This document shows, piece after piece, positions 9,214-20,801 of a stretch of 64,000 nt of DNA (positions are counted from its first letter, which is position 1; every line of letters starts with the position of its first letter). A model generated the notes under the pieces. It was not told the origin of the DNA. It was given only the letters and a program-made list of their open reading frames with translations, and made no database searches. This DNA is from Bacteriovoracia bacterium (GTDB taxonomy: Bacteria; Bdellovibrionota; UBA1018; JBFWNL01): the NCBI GenBank assembly GCA_050251055.1, contig JBFWNL010000002.1, positions 128,001 to 192,000 of the forward strand, written 5' to 3'. The translations under genes were made by a program, and so were the position numbers.

Positions 9214-9232
9214 TTATAGAATTTTTCTATAA
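9214..9232. promoter_or_regulatory. LysR-type binding site (T-N11-A)
   Basis: Perfect dyad TTATAGAA-TTT-TTCTATAA containing ATAG-N7-CTAT, ~20 bp upstream of the LysR ATG. Confidence 0.7.
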
Positions 9233-9251
9233 TAGGCGCTATAAGCCCGGC

Positions 9252-10133
9252 ATGGCCCTGAATTACCTCGACTGCTTCGTCTCCCTTGCCAAACACCTGA
9301 GCTTCACCGCGACGGCCAAGGAGATGGGGATCACTCAACCTAGCGTGTCGCGTCAAATTCGCCTCCTAGAAGAACAACTGGGCGTGCAGCTCTTTCGGCG
9401 CGACCGCCAGGCCGTCCAACTCACTCCCGCCGGTAAAGAACTACGTGCCGAGATCACTCCGATGCTCGAGGGGATCCGCGCCACTCTCGAAACCTCACGG
9501 GAAAAATCGCGCAAGATCGAAGGCTCGCTCGCATTCTCGTGCCTGCCCGAAATCGGGCAATACTATTTCATGCATCACTTACTGGAATTCCAGGCCCAGC
9601 ATCCGCAGATCGACCTGCACGTGAGGTATTGCTTGGAACCCGAGATCATCGCCGGGTTAAAAAACGGAGAAATCGACCTAGGTGTCATCACCCAACCACT
9701 CATTAGCGAAAGCATTCGCTCTTACCGCTTGATCGACGAACATCCCGTGCTCGTCACCCGCACGCAAAACCAAAGGCCCTTCACCGATCCGGCCGAAGCC
9801 CATTTCGTAGGATACGAGCGGACCGACGCGCTACTGGCCGACTTCCTCAAAAAAACGTTCAAGCCATCCCAGGTCTCTAAAATTCGCCGGCTTTCCACCG
9901 TCAATTCCTATAAATCGATCCTCGAAACCCTGCTGGCCCGCGACTGCTACGCCGTATTGCCGTTTTTCGGCGTCCGTGAGCTGGTTGAGACTAAACGCTT
10001 GAAAATCGTCTCCCAGAGGGATGTCCGGCACCCGCTCTACCTCATCTATCTCGAGAGCAACCACGCCTCGCTTAAAAACGAGGCATTTCGCAAATTCCTG
10101 ATCCAGAAGTGCAAATCCGAGCAGTTGGAGTAA
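9252..10133 (+). CDS. LysR family transcriptional regulator
   Basis: HTH SFTATAKEMGITQPSVSRQIRLLEEQLGVQLF..LTPAG followed by a substrate-binding domain; ATG 9252 preferred over 9207. Confidence 0.95.
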   Translation: MALNYLDCFVSLAKHLSFTATAKEMGITQPSVSRQIRLLEEQLGVQLFRRDRQAVQLTPAGKELRAEITPMLEGIRATLETSREKSRKIEGSLAFSCLPEIGQYYFMHHLLEFQAQHPQIDLHVRYCLEPEIIAGLKNGEIDLGVITQPLISESIRSYRLIDEHPVLVTRTQNQRPFTDPAEAHFVGYERTDALLADFLKKTFKPSQVSKIRRLSTVNSYKSILETLLARDCYAVLPFFGVRELVETKRLKIVSQRDVRHPLYLIYLESNHASLKNEAFRKFLIQKCKSEQLE

Positions 10134-10210
10134 AAAAGCATCCAATTTAGACGCATTGCGTTATTTTTTAAGCCATGGTATTTACCCCGGAAAGGAGAAC
10201 TTCGGTGAAA

Positions 10211-10936
10211 ATGCATCCTCTGGTTACCTTTGTTATCTTCTCCCTGCTCGGCGCCGCTCCGGCATCGGCAAACCCCACGCCCGGTCCGGTGGAAAAAGGC
10301 GCGGTCTACGCCGCCTATTACAATATCTATGTCGAGTCCCTTTCGATCCTGAAATTTCAACTGCCCGCGGAAGGCGCGACGACGTTGAAGGTGGAAAAAG
10401 TGGACGGCCAATTCTCGCCCGCTCAGAAGAAACTGCTCGTCGACCACTGGGACGCGATCACTTCGGCGATCCTGAAGGACTCGACGAAATCAGCGGAATC
10501 GATCGAGCTTTCCACGCAGAGCTTGGTCCCCGAACGCCGATACACGACGCATTTCCTGATGAGCTGGATTCGCTCAGAGCTCACCGAGGAAGAAGCCGAA
10601 CGACTGGCGCTTCCCGCCGCGGCAGAGGCTAAAGTCCAGACCCCGCATCTTCCCGCGCGTCGACTGAAGCATAATTTGAAGTGGTTTAACTTCACCGCCT
10701 TCGATGAAATCGAATCCGGATCCGGGAATTTCCGGATCAAGTTCTTGGACTCCTCGTATTACGGTGGAAACTACCGTAGTTCGTATACGGTGAGCCAGAC
10801 GTTCTTCCGGAATCTATTGAAACTGCGGCAAATGCCGGATGAGTCTGAAGAAACCCTGGCCGTCCCGAGCGACCTGTTCCCCAAGTACGACGGCGACGAG
10901 GACCATGACGACCGCTCAGGGAGCACCTACCCCTAA
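10211..10936 (+). CDS. Secreted hypothetical protein
   Basis: AAGGAG RBS, signal peptide ending ASA; start 10205 (GTG) or 10211. Confidence 0.7.
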   Translation: MHPLVTFVIFSLLGAAPASANPTPGPVEKGAVYAAYYNIYVESLSILKFQLPAEGATTLKVEKVDGQFSPAQKKLLVDHWDAITSAILKDSTKSAESIELSTQSLVPERRYTTHFLMSWIRSELTEEEAERLALPAAAEAKVQTPHLPARRLKHNLKWFNFTAFDEIESGSGNFRIKFLDSSYYGGNYRSSYTVSQTFFRNLLKLRQMPDESEETLAVPSDLFPKYDGDEDHDDRSGSTYP

Positions 10937-10954
10937 CGATCTCGCCTCGTGGGA

Positions 10955-12849
<1,895 letters not shown>

Positions 12850-12853
<4 letters not shown>

Positions 12854-14943
12854 TCTCTGGAAGTCTCAATATTTCCCGTGAAAATCAACTCTCCTTCCTG
12901 ATCGGTGCGATGTAGTGGGATTTTAAAACGGTTGATTCTATCGATCACCTCGGCATGCGGATGTCCGTAACGATTGCCTCGCCCACAAGAAATCCATGCC
13001 TGCTGGGGCCGAAGCCGCTTCAGATACGTGGACTCCGTGGAAAACCTGGATCCGTGATGATTAATCTTGAGTATCCAGGGTCGGCGAAGGCCTAGGCCTT
13101 GGAACCATGCGGCGATCTCGGGCTCCGCTTCCGAGCCCGCGTCTCCTCCCGAGAGATAAGCCCCGCCCTTTGCAAGCGGCACGGCGACCGCGCCCATATA
13201 AGAGTTGCCCCGGGACCTTCGGTCACGCTTTTCACTCTCGAAGCTCGCAAAAGGAAAACACCCTGAAGACCAGTCCACGGTGCGAATGCCCAACGAAGTG
13301 AGCCACGCCCTCAACTCGCGACCCCGAAGCGTCTCCCACTGGCGAATTCCCGTAACCACGCAGCCGATGGGAACAAACCGCGCCAAATGCTTGAGTCCCC
13401 CCGCATGATCTTCGTCCAAATGGGTGAGCGCCACGAAATCAATCCGATCCAATCCGCGCTTCATCAGCCAGTGCCCCCACTGGATAGAGCTCCGGGCCCA
13501 AGCGGACCCAACATCAATCGCACCTCCCTGCCCATTGCCTGTCTCAACCCAGGCGGAGTCGCCTTGACCTACGTCGAGCTGGGTCACCGCCAGCGCCGTG
13601 ACTTGAGTATCGGCCCGCGTCGCTAGCTCGCGCCAAAAAAACAAAACCCCGCGCCCCGCCCAGAGCAGCAAAAGCACGGACAACCCCGTGCGCAGACGGC
13701 GCGCACGCGAAGTCATCTGAAGCAGTCCCGCACCAAACAAGCCAACCCATAGCGCCCAAGCCGGAACCACCCAGACGTTGGCGCATTTAGCGCCCCAATC
13801 AAAGAGCTGAGCCAACACGAAGGAAGTGAGTCGAACGGCACTGGCAACGACCCCGACGATCGCCTCGTCGCCACCCAAGATCCAAGCCCCGCAAGCAAGC
13901 ATGATTGCTGGATAAAGCAAACCCACACCGATCGATATCGTGACCAAGCTCAAGACAGGCGTCAGGAGGGCAACTGAACCGCACTCCAAGATTCCGATAA
14001 ATGCGGTAGGCAACCAGGAGCCCACGGCCATCGCCGCATGTTGTAAAAACACGGATCGACGTCGACCCAATGCCTCCCGCGCGAGCAGACCGCCTCCCAC
14101 CGCCAGCGCATAATGCAAACTTCCCCAAAGCGCATACCCCAGAGTCCAACGCCCCGCGAACTCCAGCCCCCAACTCACCGCGAGCGCGAGCAAAAGCGGG
14201 GACAGTACCCGAAAGCGCAATCCCCAGGGCTTTAAGGACGCCCGTATCAAGACCACCAAGGCCGGGCGGAGCAATCCCCATCTCGCGCCGCTCAAAAGCC
14301 ACGCTCCCAGCCAAAAGAGAAAACTGAACACGCGCGCTACCCTCAGCGCGGCCTCCGGACGCAGGATTCCCGAAGTGATAAAACGTACGTTTCGATACAC
14401 GAGGTCCGCCAGCGCATAAAGGTGAATTCCACTGGCCGTCAGCAAGTGCACGAAACCTAACTGCCGAAACCACTCCAGTCCCGCCGATGCTCCCTCGTCT
14501 AAAATCAGTTTGGCCACAATTCCGAGCGAATCGTCGGGATGAATTCTCTGGGAAAGACGCTCGCGAATCACTTCGACTTGCTCACGCCCACGATCTAGCC
14601 AGTTTCCTGAGTAGCTTGGCGTCTTTTCCCCCGACGTTTCCGGTTCCCTCTTCCAGGATCGCGCACGGAAGGTCCGGCCTCGCGCATTGACCTTCCAGGT
14701 ACCCAGGGGACGTACACATTCTCGCCAAAGCAGGCCGCTTTGCAGAGCATGTCTCCATGCGGATGGCTCCACGCATACGGTTGCATCCGGCGTGACATAG
14801 CTCACCCAGCAGCCCGGCCTTGCCCAACGACGAACGAACTGCTCGATGCCGCAGCTCCGCGGACCCTCCACCCAGGAACTCGCTTTCGAACTCGGCGGGA
14901 ATAGGCAGGTCAGAAAAAACAGGAACAAAACGAACCGAGGCAT
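12850..14943 (-). CDS. comEC: ComEC/Rec2 DNA-uptake channel with metallo-beta-lactamase domain
   Basis: HLLTASGIH competence motif, multiple TM helices, [26 protein letters not shown]. Confidence 0.9.
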
Positions 14944-14989
14944 GTCGGCGGGGTTGCAGACCCCGTACCAGCCTTGGCATAATTACCCC

Positions 14990-15436
14990 ATGGCCACACC
15001 GCCCGAGCTTCCGGGAAATTTAGTGAAAGTGCTGCTGACTTCGGTCGGAATCGCCGCGATCGCGGCCTGGCTGTTGGTAAACCTAAGCCGCCATCCGAAG
15101 TCCCGGTTCAAACTCCGGGAAGCCGATCGACCGAAGCGCCCCGGTCGTCTAAAAGAGGGTACGGATTTTTTCCAACGTCGAAATTCACGCCCCGCAACCC
15201 CCGATCGTCCTCGCGCGCTTCCGGGCATCCGAATCAACGTGCCGCCCCATGAATTGCTCGGGGTTCCCTTGGATGCGACCCAGGCTGAAATCAAACGGGC
15301 CTATAAGCGCCTGATGAAACAGTACCATCCCGATAGCGTCGCCGCTCCCGGAACCTCCCAATGGCAGGAGGCGCAAAAGATCGCAGCGGCGTTAAACGAG
15401 GCAAAGGAAACGCTACTCAAAACCGCGAAGCGGTAA
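14990..15436 (+). CDS. Membrane-anchored J-domain (DnaJ-like) protein
   Basis: N-terminal TM helix; C-terminal LLGV...EIKRAYKRLMKQYHPD...LNEA. Confidence 0.85.
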   Translation: MATPPELPGNLVKVLLTSVGIAAIAAWLLVNLSRHPKSRFKLREADRPKRPGRLKEGTDFFQRRNSRPATPDRPRALPGIRINVPPHELLGVPLDATQAEIKRAYKRLMKQYHPDSVAAPGTSQWQEAQKIAAALNEAKETLLKTAKR

Positions 15437-15473
15437 TTCCTCCGCGGCATGGGGCTTGAAGCTTGATAGTCCC

Positions 15474-17072
15474 ATGAAGATCGCCGCACCTCTCAATAGT
15501 GGCTTAAGGCCAAAGCTCCAGCGGCTTGAACTCGCCGCTTTTTTTCAAATCCCTGGATTCCAGATCGTGGGCCTTCCTTCGCGCGAAATCGCCGAGGCCC
15601 GCGAGCGAGTCCGTGCTGCCATCGAGGCGTCCGGCCTCGAGTTTCCAAAAAAACGACTGGTGCTCAACCTATCTCCGGCCGACGTGCAGAAACGAGGCAC
15701 GGGAGTGGATCTCGCGATCGCGCTTGAAATCTGCAAATGCGCGCTGAATGACGCACCAAAATTGTCGAAGAAATCCCCGGACAACCTGCTTGCGGTGGCC
15801 TGGGGAGAGCTGGGGCTAGATGGCCGCGTAAAACCCGTGGGTCAAATCACGCGCGCACTGTACGCAGCATGGATGGAGAGAGCGCATCTCCTGATTCTTC
15901 CCCAGGCCACCGCCGGAGAGGCGCTCGCCGCGTGCGAGCTCATTAAAAAATCCGGCCGCTTCGGCCATCGTGCCCCCCGATTGGCATTCGTCGAAAATCT
16001 ATCGGAAGCTGTAGCCGCGCTTCAAATCGAGTCTACCGACTCGGTCGACAAAACCATTGCCTCCCCCGCCCTCGAATGCCCAAAATCAACGGAGCTCCCT
16101 CCTCCGCCCTTACTCCCCCTGAGCCCAAGCTTGGAACGGGCCATGCTGGTATCGACTACCGGCCGCCATCATCTATTGCTTTTGGGTCCACGGGGGGTGG
16201 GCAAGAGCCAAGCGATCGAGTGGGTGGCCCAGCTTCAAGCGATACTCCCGAACTCTCCTTCCCAAGCGTTGGATCGAATGCTACTCGCCGAACTCTCTCC
16301 TTCTCCGGGTAATCCCGGTTTGCCGACTTTTCGGCGGGTTGGGCCACATGTGCGTCCACCCGCGCTACTAGGATCGATCTCTTCGGCCGGCGTGCTTCCC
16401 GGCGAATTCACCCTGGCCCATGGAGGCTTCCTCGTGGCCGATGAGTTTCCGGAGTGGGCGCGTGATTCCCGTGAATGCTTACGCGAACCGCTCGAGCGCG
16501 GAAAAGTAATGGTCACGCGGGTTCGCCAAAGCGAGGAGCTACCCGCCCGTTTCACTTTCATCGGCACGGGAAATTATTGCCCTTGCGGAGGACTTCCTCG
16601 AGAAATTCCCATGCCCGAGGGAAAACGAACCTCCGCCTGCGAGTGTACGGCCGGGGTACGACAGGCCTATTGGAACCGCTTGTCCGGGCCCGTGATGGAC
16701 CGTATCGATGTTCTAGCGCAACTCACGCATTGGCATCAGCCTCCGGCGAATAGGCTCCCGGACGGCGCGGCAACCTGGGCTCGCCTAAGCGATCACATCC
16801 GAGGCGCGCAAGCGCGACTGCTAGAACGGTACGGAAAACTCCCCGGTGAGATGGATGGGATTGAGACCGAAATCATAATCCGCGAGCACGCCACGTTGGG
16901 GACGGCGCTAGAAACCGGCACGGAAAACCCGCGCAGCCGACACAAACTGGCACGCATCGCGCTCACGCTCGCGGCGCTTTCCCCGCGCGAGGAATTGCCG
17001 GGCCCCGCGCATGTCGCGGAGGCACGCTACCATCGGATGCGTCCCCTGTCAGAGCGGCGAGACCTACGTTAA
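15474..17072 (+). CDS. comM: ComM/YifB Mg-chelatase-related AAA+ ATPase
   Basis: IVGLP..EARERVRAAI, NLSPAD, GELGLDG, Walker A GPRGVGKS, PGEFTLAHGG, LREPLE, CPCG, SGPVMDRID. Confidence 0.88.
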   Translation: MKIAAPLNSGLRPKLQRLELAAFFQIPGFQIVGLPSREIAEARERVRAAIEASGLEFPKKRLVLNLSPADVQKRGTGVDLAIALEICKCALNDAPKLSKKSPDNLLAVAWGELGLDGRVKPVGQITRALYAAWMERAHLLILPQATAGEALAACELIKKSGRFGHRAPRLAFVENLSEAVAALQIESTDSVDKTIASPALECPKSTELPPPPLLPLSPSLERAMLVSTTGRHHLLLLGPRGVGKSQAIEWVAQLQAILPNSPSQALDRMLLAELSPSPGNPGLPTFRRVGPHVRPPALLGSISSAGVLPGEFTLAHGGFLVADEFPEWARDSRECLREPLERGKVMVTRVRQSEELPARFTFIGTGNYCPCGGLPREIPMPEGKRTSACECTAGVRQAYWNRLSGPVMDRIDVLAQLTHWHQPPANRLPDGAATWARLSDHIRGAQARLLERYGKLPGEMDGIETEIIIREHATLGTALETGTENPRSRHKLARIALTLAALSPREELPGPAHVAEARYHRMRPLSERRDLR

Positions 17073-20027
17073 TTTCTCGAGAATCTCCCGCACGAGCTTG
17101 TGCGAGCCGATGGAGCGAAGGGCTTGCCCCACGTCACGGATCAGCTCCTTAGAGTCATGCTCGAGATCGATATTGTCTATGATGGGAAGGACCGCCGACT
17201 TGTCCTTGATCTTCCCCAACGCAACGATTGCCTGACGCTTCACCATAGGTTCGCGGTCCTTCAGGAGTGAAACAAGCATCGGCACGCATTCCTGAAGCTC
17301 TCCCAAGAAGACCTTCACCTGATCGCCCTTGGCTTTCCATTCCTCCAGGAGCTGTTGTCGTTGCGCTAGCAGGGTCAACTCGCCGATGGCGAACGCCGCG
17401 CTGGACCGCATGAGGGGGTCCGAGTGCATCAGCATGGGCTTCAAGGAGTCAATCACCCCTACGTGGCCAGCGGCGAAAAGCGCCATCGCCGCGTTGGCTT
17501 TCACGCGATTGTTGCGGCTCCCTAACCTGGGCAGGATCAGATCTGAACAACGAGGATCGCGAACCTGCCCCATGGCCTCGATGGCGTTCGCTACGATTCG
17601 TTCGGCCCGGGACTCCAAGAAGCCCGCCAGCTCGAGAACCCGCTCGGTCGAGCAAAGCCTTCCTACCGCACTAATCATGGCGGACTGAACTTTTTCAGAT
17701 TTTTCAATCCGTAACCGGGCAAAAACCGCATCCAGTGCCACCGGATCATTCATGGGCGCCAGCCGCACTAGCGATGAAACCGCCTCCTGTCGCACCCGCT
17801 CTTCCGGATCATCCAATAGCTTCACCAGGTGCGGGATCGCCTCGAAGTTCTTCGAATGCCCCAAAAGCCCGATGCTGCGAATCTTCAGGTCGATATCGGG
17901 AGCTTGGATGTTGCGTAGGATGATCGCTAGATCTCGGATGCGGATCAGCTCGAACACCGTCACTTCCTCCTCCTTGCCCCGTACTTTCTCTTTGGAAAGA
18001 TTCGCGTACTCCAGCAAACCTCTGACCTTATCTTCGACATGATTGGAAAAAACGATGCGCGTGTGCTGCCCCAGCTTGGAAAGCTTCTCGATACGATTGG
18101 CTAGATTCACCACGTCGCCAATCACCGTGAAGTCCATGCGATCCTTGGAGCCTATTGGCCCCGAGATAATCTCTCCGTGGGTGATTCCGACGCCGATCTC
18201 GATCGTGCGCTTCTGATCGGCCAATCGCTTCTGATTGAAGTCGGCCAGGCGCTCACGCATCTCAAGCGCGCAGTAAATGGCGTTCAGGGCGGTGGTCTGT
18301 GCGTTCGGTCCCGGGACGTAGTCATCGCCCCGAATCGTACGTACCTCATCGGAAGCGTAAAACACCGCGAGAATTGCGTCCCCGATGAACTTGTCCACTT
18401 CTCCGCCATACTTATAGACGATTTCCACCATTTCCGAAAAGTACTCGCTCAACATCGAGGTCACCTCTTCGGCATCCATCGATTCGCAGTGGTTCACGAA
18501 ATTACGAATGTCACTGAAGAGCACCGTCGCCGGAACGCGCGTTCCCTTTAGGCGGGCTCCGGGAGCATCGGGAGCCGCCATAATCTGCCGATAGGTGGAA
18601 TCCGAAAGGTATTTGCGCAGCTCCTTCTTCTTGCGCAGCTCGAATGTCATGCTATTGAAAGCGGTCAGCAGATCCCCGATCTCATCCGATCGATTCATCT
18701 GCACGGTCACGTCATAATCCCCCTCGGACACCGCGCGCAAAGCGCCCGAAAGCCGGCGGATCGGGGAGATCAAGAGTTGCGAGAACAAAACCGCAATCAA
18801 CAGCCCGATCGCCATCGAGGGCACGAGGTCGATCAAGATCTGCAGGCGTATCGCCGCAATACTACGCTTAAGCGTATGAAAGCTAAATAAGTACTCAACG
18901 AAGAAAAGCGCTTCGTGATTTTCGTTGTGATAAGTATTGATCACCGAAAGCAGCTTCTCGCCGCCCCTATCCACGAGCGTGTTGTAAAACCCCGCGTTCT
19001 TTAGCTGTTTCTCCGCCTCTTCCGGAAATTTCGCCTTATCCCCTCCCCCGGCGGCACGCGCTTCCATGGGCGCCGATCCCGCCGAGGCGACCGTGTCCGT
19101 CTCACTGTCGAAGAGTACCGCGCGGGTCCGAGTCGAGATGATTCGGATTCCCACAAGATTCTCGTCGGTGGCGATAATATTGCGGATTGCCGGCACGAAT
19201 TTGTCCTGATAATAGAAATAAAAAAAACTCGAGAAATCCGAGATGACTTTGTTAGTGGAGAATTGGGCAAAGAGCACGGAGTTGCGCGTGATCTTGTCCA
19301 TTTGCTCGTTCGTCTGGAGCCGCGACAGACTAAAGAAAACGATGGCTCCCGTGATCACGTTGACGGCCACGATCGTCACCAGGAACTTGGCGCGCAAGCC
19401 CACCAGGCGGCGCGTCCAGCGCGAGTACATGGCCCAGTAGACAGGCGACTGCAGGCGACGCACCGCCCACATCGCGAACCCAAAGGCGGCCAGCACGCCT
19501 AAGAAAATCAACAAAATCTGAATGCGTATGTAAGCCCCGCCGTAGGTGTAGAGCACGCCGAACTGACCGGAAGGAATCAGGATCTGAACGTCATAGTTGC
19601 GCCGGAACATGCTGGGCGCGTCCTCATTCAGCTTGCTCACGACTTCCGGAGGGGCCAGCCGTTCCGAGCCGGGCTGACTGGGAGCCGCCGCGGTCTTTGG
19701 AGGATGGGCTGAATCAAAAAGCACCGCCCCGGAGTTCGAAATGACTTCAATCCTGTCCAAGCGGGAATCGGAGTCGAGCTCGGCCTTGATGCCAGGAATG
19801 AATTGATCTTCGTAAAAGAAATAGAAATTCGCCTGAAAGAGGTTACGCACCTTGGCGTGCTTTTCCGTGACCGACCCCAAACAATCACGGGCGAAGGCTT
19901 CGAGCTTGTGGGATTTGTAGAACGAAAGACCCGTGACAAACGCCACGCCCACCAGCAGCCAAAGGGTCGCCAGGCGCAACGGAGTTGATTGACCGAGAGT
20001 GAGGGTACGGCCTCGCTTCGTAACCAT
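17064..20027 (-). CDS. Class III adenylate cyclase with duplicated periplasmic sensor, HAMP domain and C-terminal HEAT repeats
   Basis: FSDIRNF, VDKFIGDA, DFTVIGDVVNLANRIE; HAMP DEIGDLLTAFNSM; HEAT-like repeats (VRQEAVSSL, VKANAAMAL, VKRQAIVALG). Confidence 0.9.
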   Translation of the reverse strand: MVTKRGRTLTLGQSTPLRLATLWLLVGVAFVTGLSFYKSHKLEAFARDCLGSVTEKHAKVRNLFQANFYFFYEDQFIPGIKAELDSDSRLDRIEVISNSGAVLFDSAHPPKTAAAPSQPGSERLAPPEVVSKLNEDAPSMFRRNYDVQILIPSGQFGVLYTYGGAYIRIQILLIFLGVLAAFGFAMWAVRRLQSPVYWAMYSRWTRRLVGLRAKFLVTIVAVNVITGAIVFFSLSRLQTNEQMDKITRNSVLFAQFSTNKVISDFSSFFYFYYQDKFVPAIRNIIATDENLVGIRIISTRTRAVLFDSETDTVASAGSAPMEARAAGGGDKAKFPEEAEKQLKNAGFYNTLVDRGGEKLLSVINTYHNENHEALFFVEYLFSFHTLKRSIAAIRLQILIDLVPSMAIGLLIAVLFSQLLISPIRRLSGALRAVSEGDYDVTVQMNRSDEIGDLLTAFNSMTFELRKKKELRKYLSDSTYRQIMAAPDAPGARLKGTRVPATVLFSDIRNFVNHCESMDAEEVTSMLSEYFSEMVEIVYKYGGEVDKFIGDAILAVFYASDEVRTIRGDDYVPGPNAQTTALNAIYCALEMRERLADFNQKRLADQKRTIEIGVGITHGEIISGPIGSKDRMDFTVIGDVVNLANRIEKLSKLGQHTRIVFSNHVEDKVRGLLEYANLSKEKVRGKEEEVTVFELIRIRDLAIILRNIQAPDIDLKIRSIGLLGHSKNFEAIPHLVKLLDDPEERVRQEAVSSLVRLAPMNDPVALDAVFARLRIEKSEKVQSAMISAVGRLCSTERVLELAGFLESRAERIVANAIEAMGQVRDPRCSDLILPRLGSRNNRVKANAAMALFAAGHVGVIDSLKPMLMHSDPLMRSSAAFAIGELTLLAQRQQLLEEWKAKGDQVKVFLGELQECVPMLVSLLKDREPMVKRQAIVALGKIKDKSAVLPIIDNIDLEHDSKELIRDVGQALRSIGSHKLVREILEKLT

Positions 20028-20117
20028 TTGTTTTTAGGATAACTTGGCCCTCGCATGCGGTCCACGAAACTCACGCTTTTCTCGACAAAATCACGGGTTT
20101 CACCTAAAACAGAGCTC

Positions 20118-20801
20118 GTGAAACCGGAAAAAAATGCCGGGCGTCCAGCCCCTCGAATTTTATTCGAAGACACTCACTTGGTGGTGCTAAGCAAACCCGC
20201 GGGTTTACTCAGCCAAGGCGAGCACACGGGTGACGAGAATCTAGTCGATTGGCTGCGTGGGCACTTCGGACGAAACTACGTTGGGCTCGTACACCGGTTG
20301 GATCGCAATACTTCGGGCTTGATGGTGGTGGCTAAGCGCACGAAATCCGCGCAAAGGCTGACGCAAGCCCTACAGACCGGCAAAATCTGCCGCTCCTACC
20401 TGGCATGGCTCTCCGGCTCGCTTCCACGCCCCGTGTGCTGGACACATTGGTTGAGCAAGGACGGGGACTCCAACACCGTACGGGTGGTCGCTCCCCATTC
20501 CCCGGGCGCGAAGGCAGCCCTCCTCAACGCCCGCCCCCGCCGGCCGGGCACCTGGGAAGGCAGCCCCATCACTCTGATGGAGATCGAACTCGACACGGGA
20601 CGCTCGCACCAGATTCGCGTGCAAGCCGCCAGCGAAGGGCACCCATTGGTAGGCGACGCCAAGTACGGATCGGCACTACGATTCCACCGTCCCGCGCTCC
20701 ATTCCTTTCGGATTCGCTTTTCCCACCCTATGTCGGGAGAGGAGCTGGAGTTCGTCGAGGAATTTCCCGGCGACTGGCCCACGGAGCTCAAAGAGGTTTG
20801 A
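20118..20801 (+). CDS. RluA-family RNA pseudouridine synthase
   Basis: KPAGL, VHRLDRNTSG, TGRSHQIR, HPLVGD.KYG, LHS; start uncertain (20055 or 20118). Confidence 0.92.
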   Translation: MKPEKNAGRPAPRILFEDTHLVVLSKPAGLLSQGEHTGDENLVDWLRGHFGRNYVGLVHRLDRNTSGLMVVAKRTKSAQRLTQALQTGKICRSYLAWLSGSLPRPVCWTHWLSKDGDSNTVRVVAPHSPGAKAALLNARPRRPGTWEGSPITLMEIELDTGRSHQIRVQAASEGHPLVGDAKYGSALRFHRPALHSFRIRFSHPMSGEELEFVEEFPGDWPTELKEV

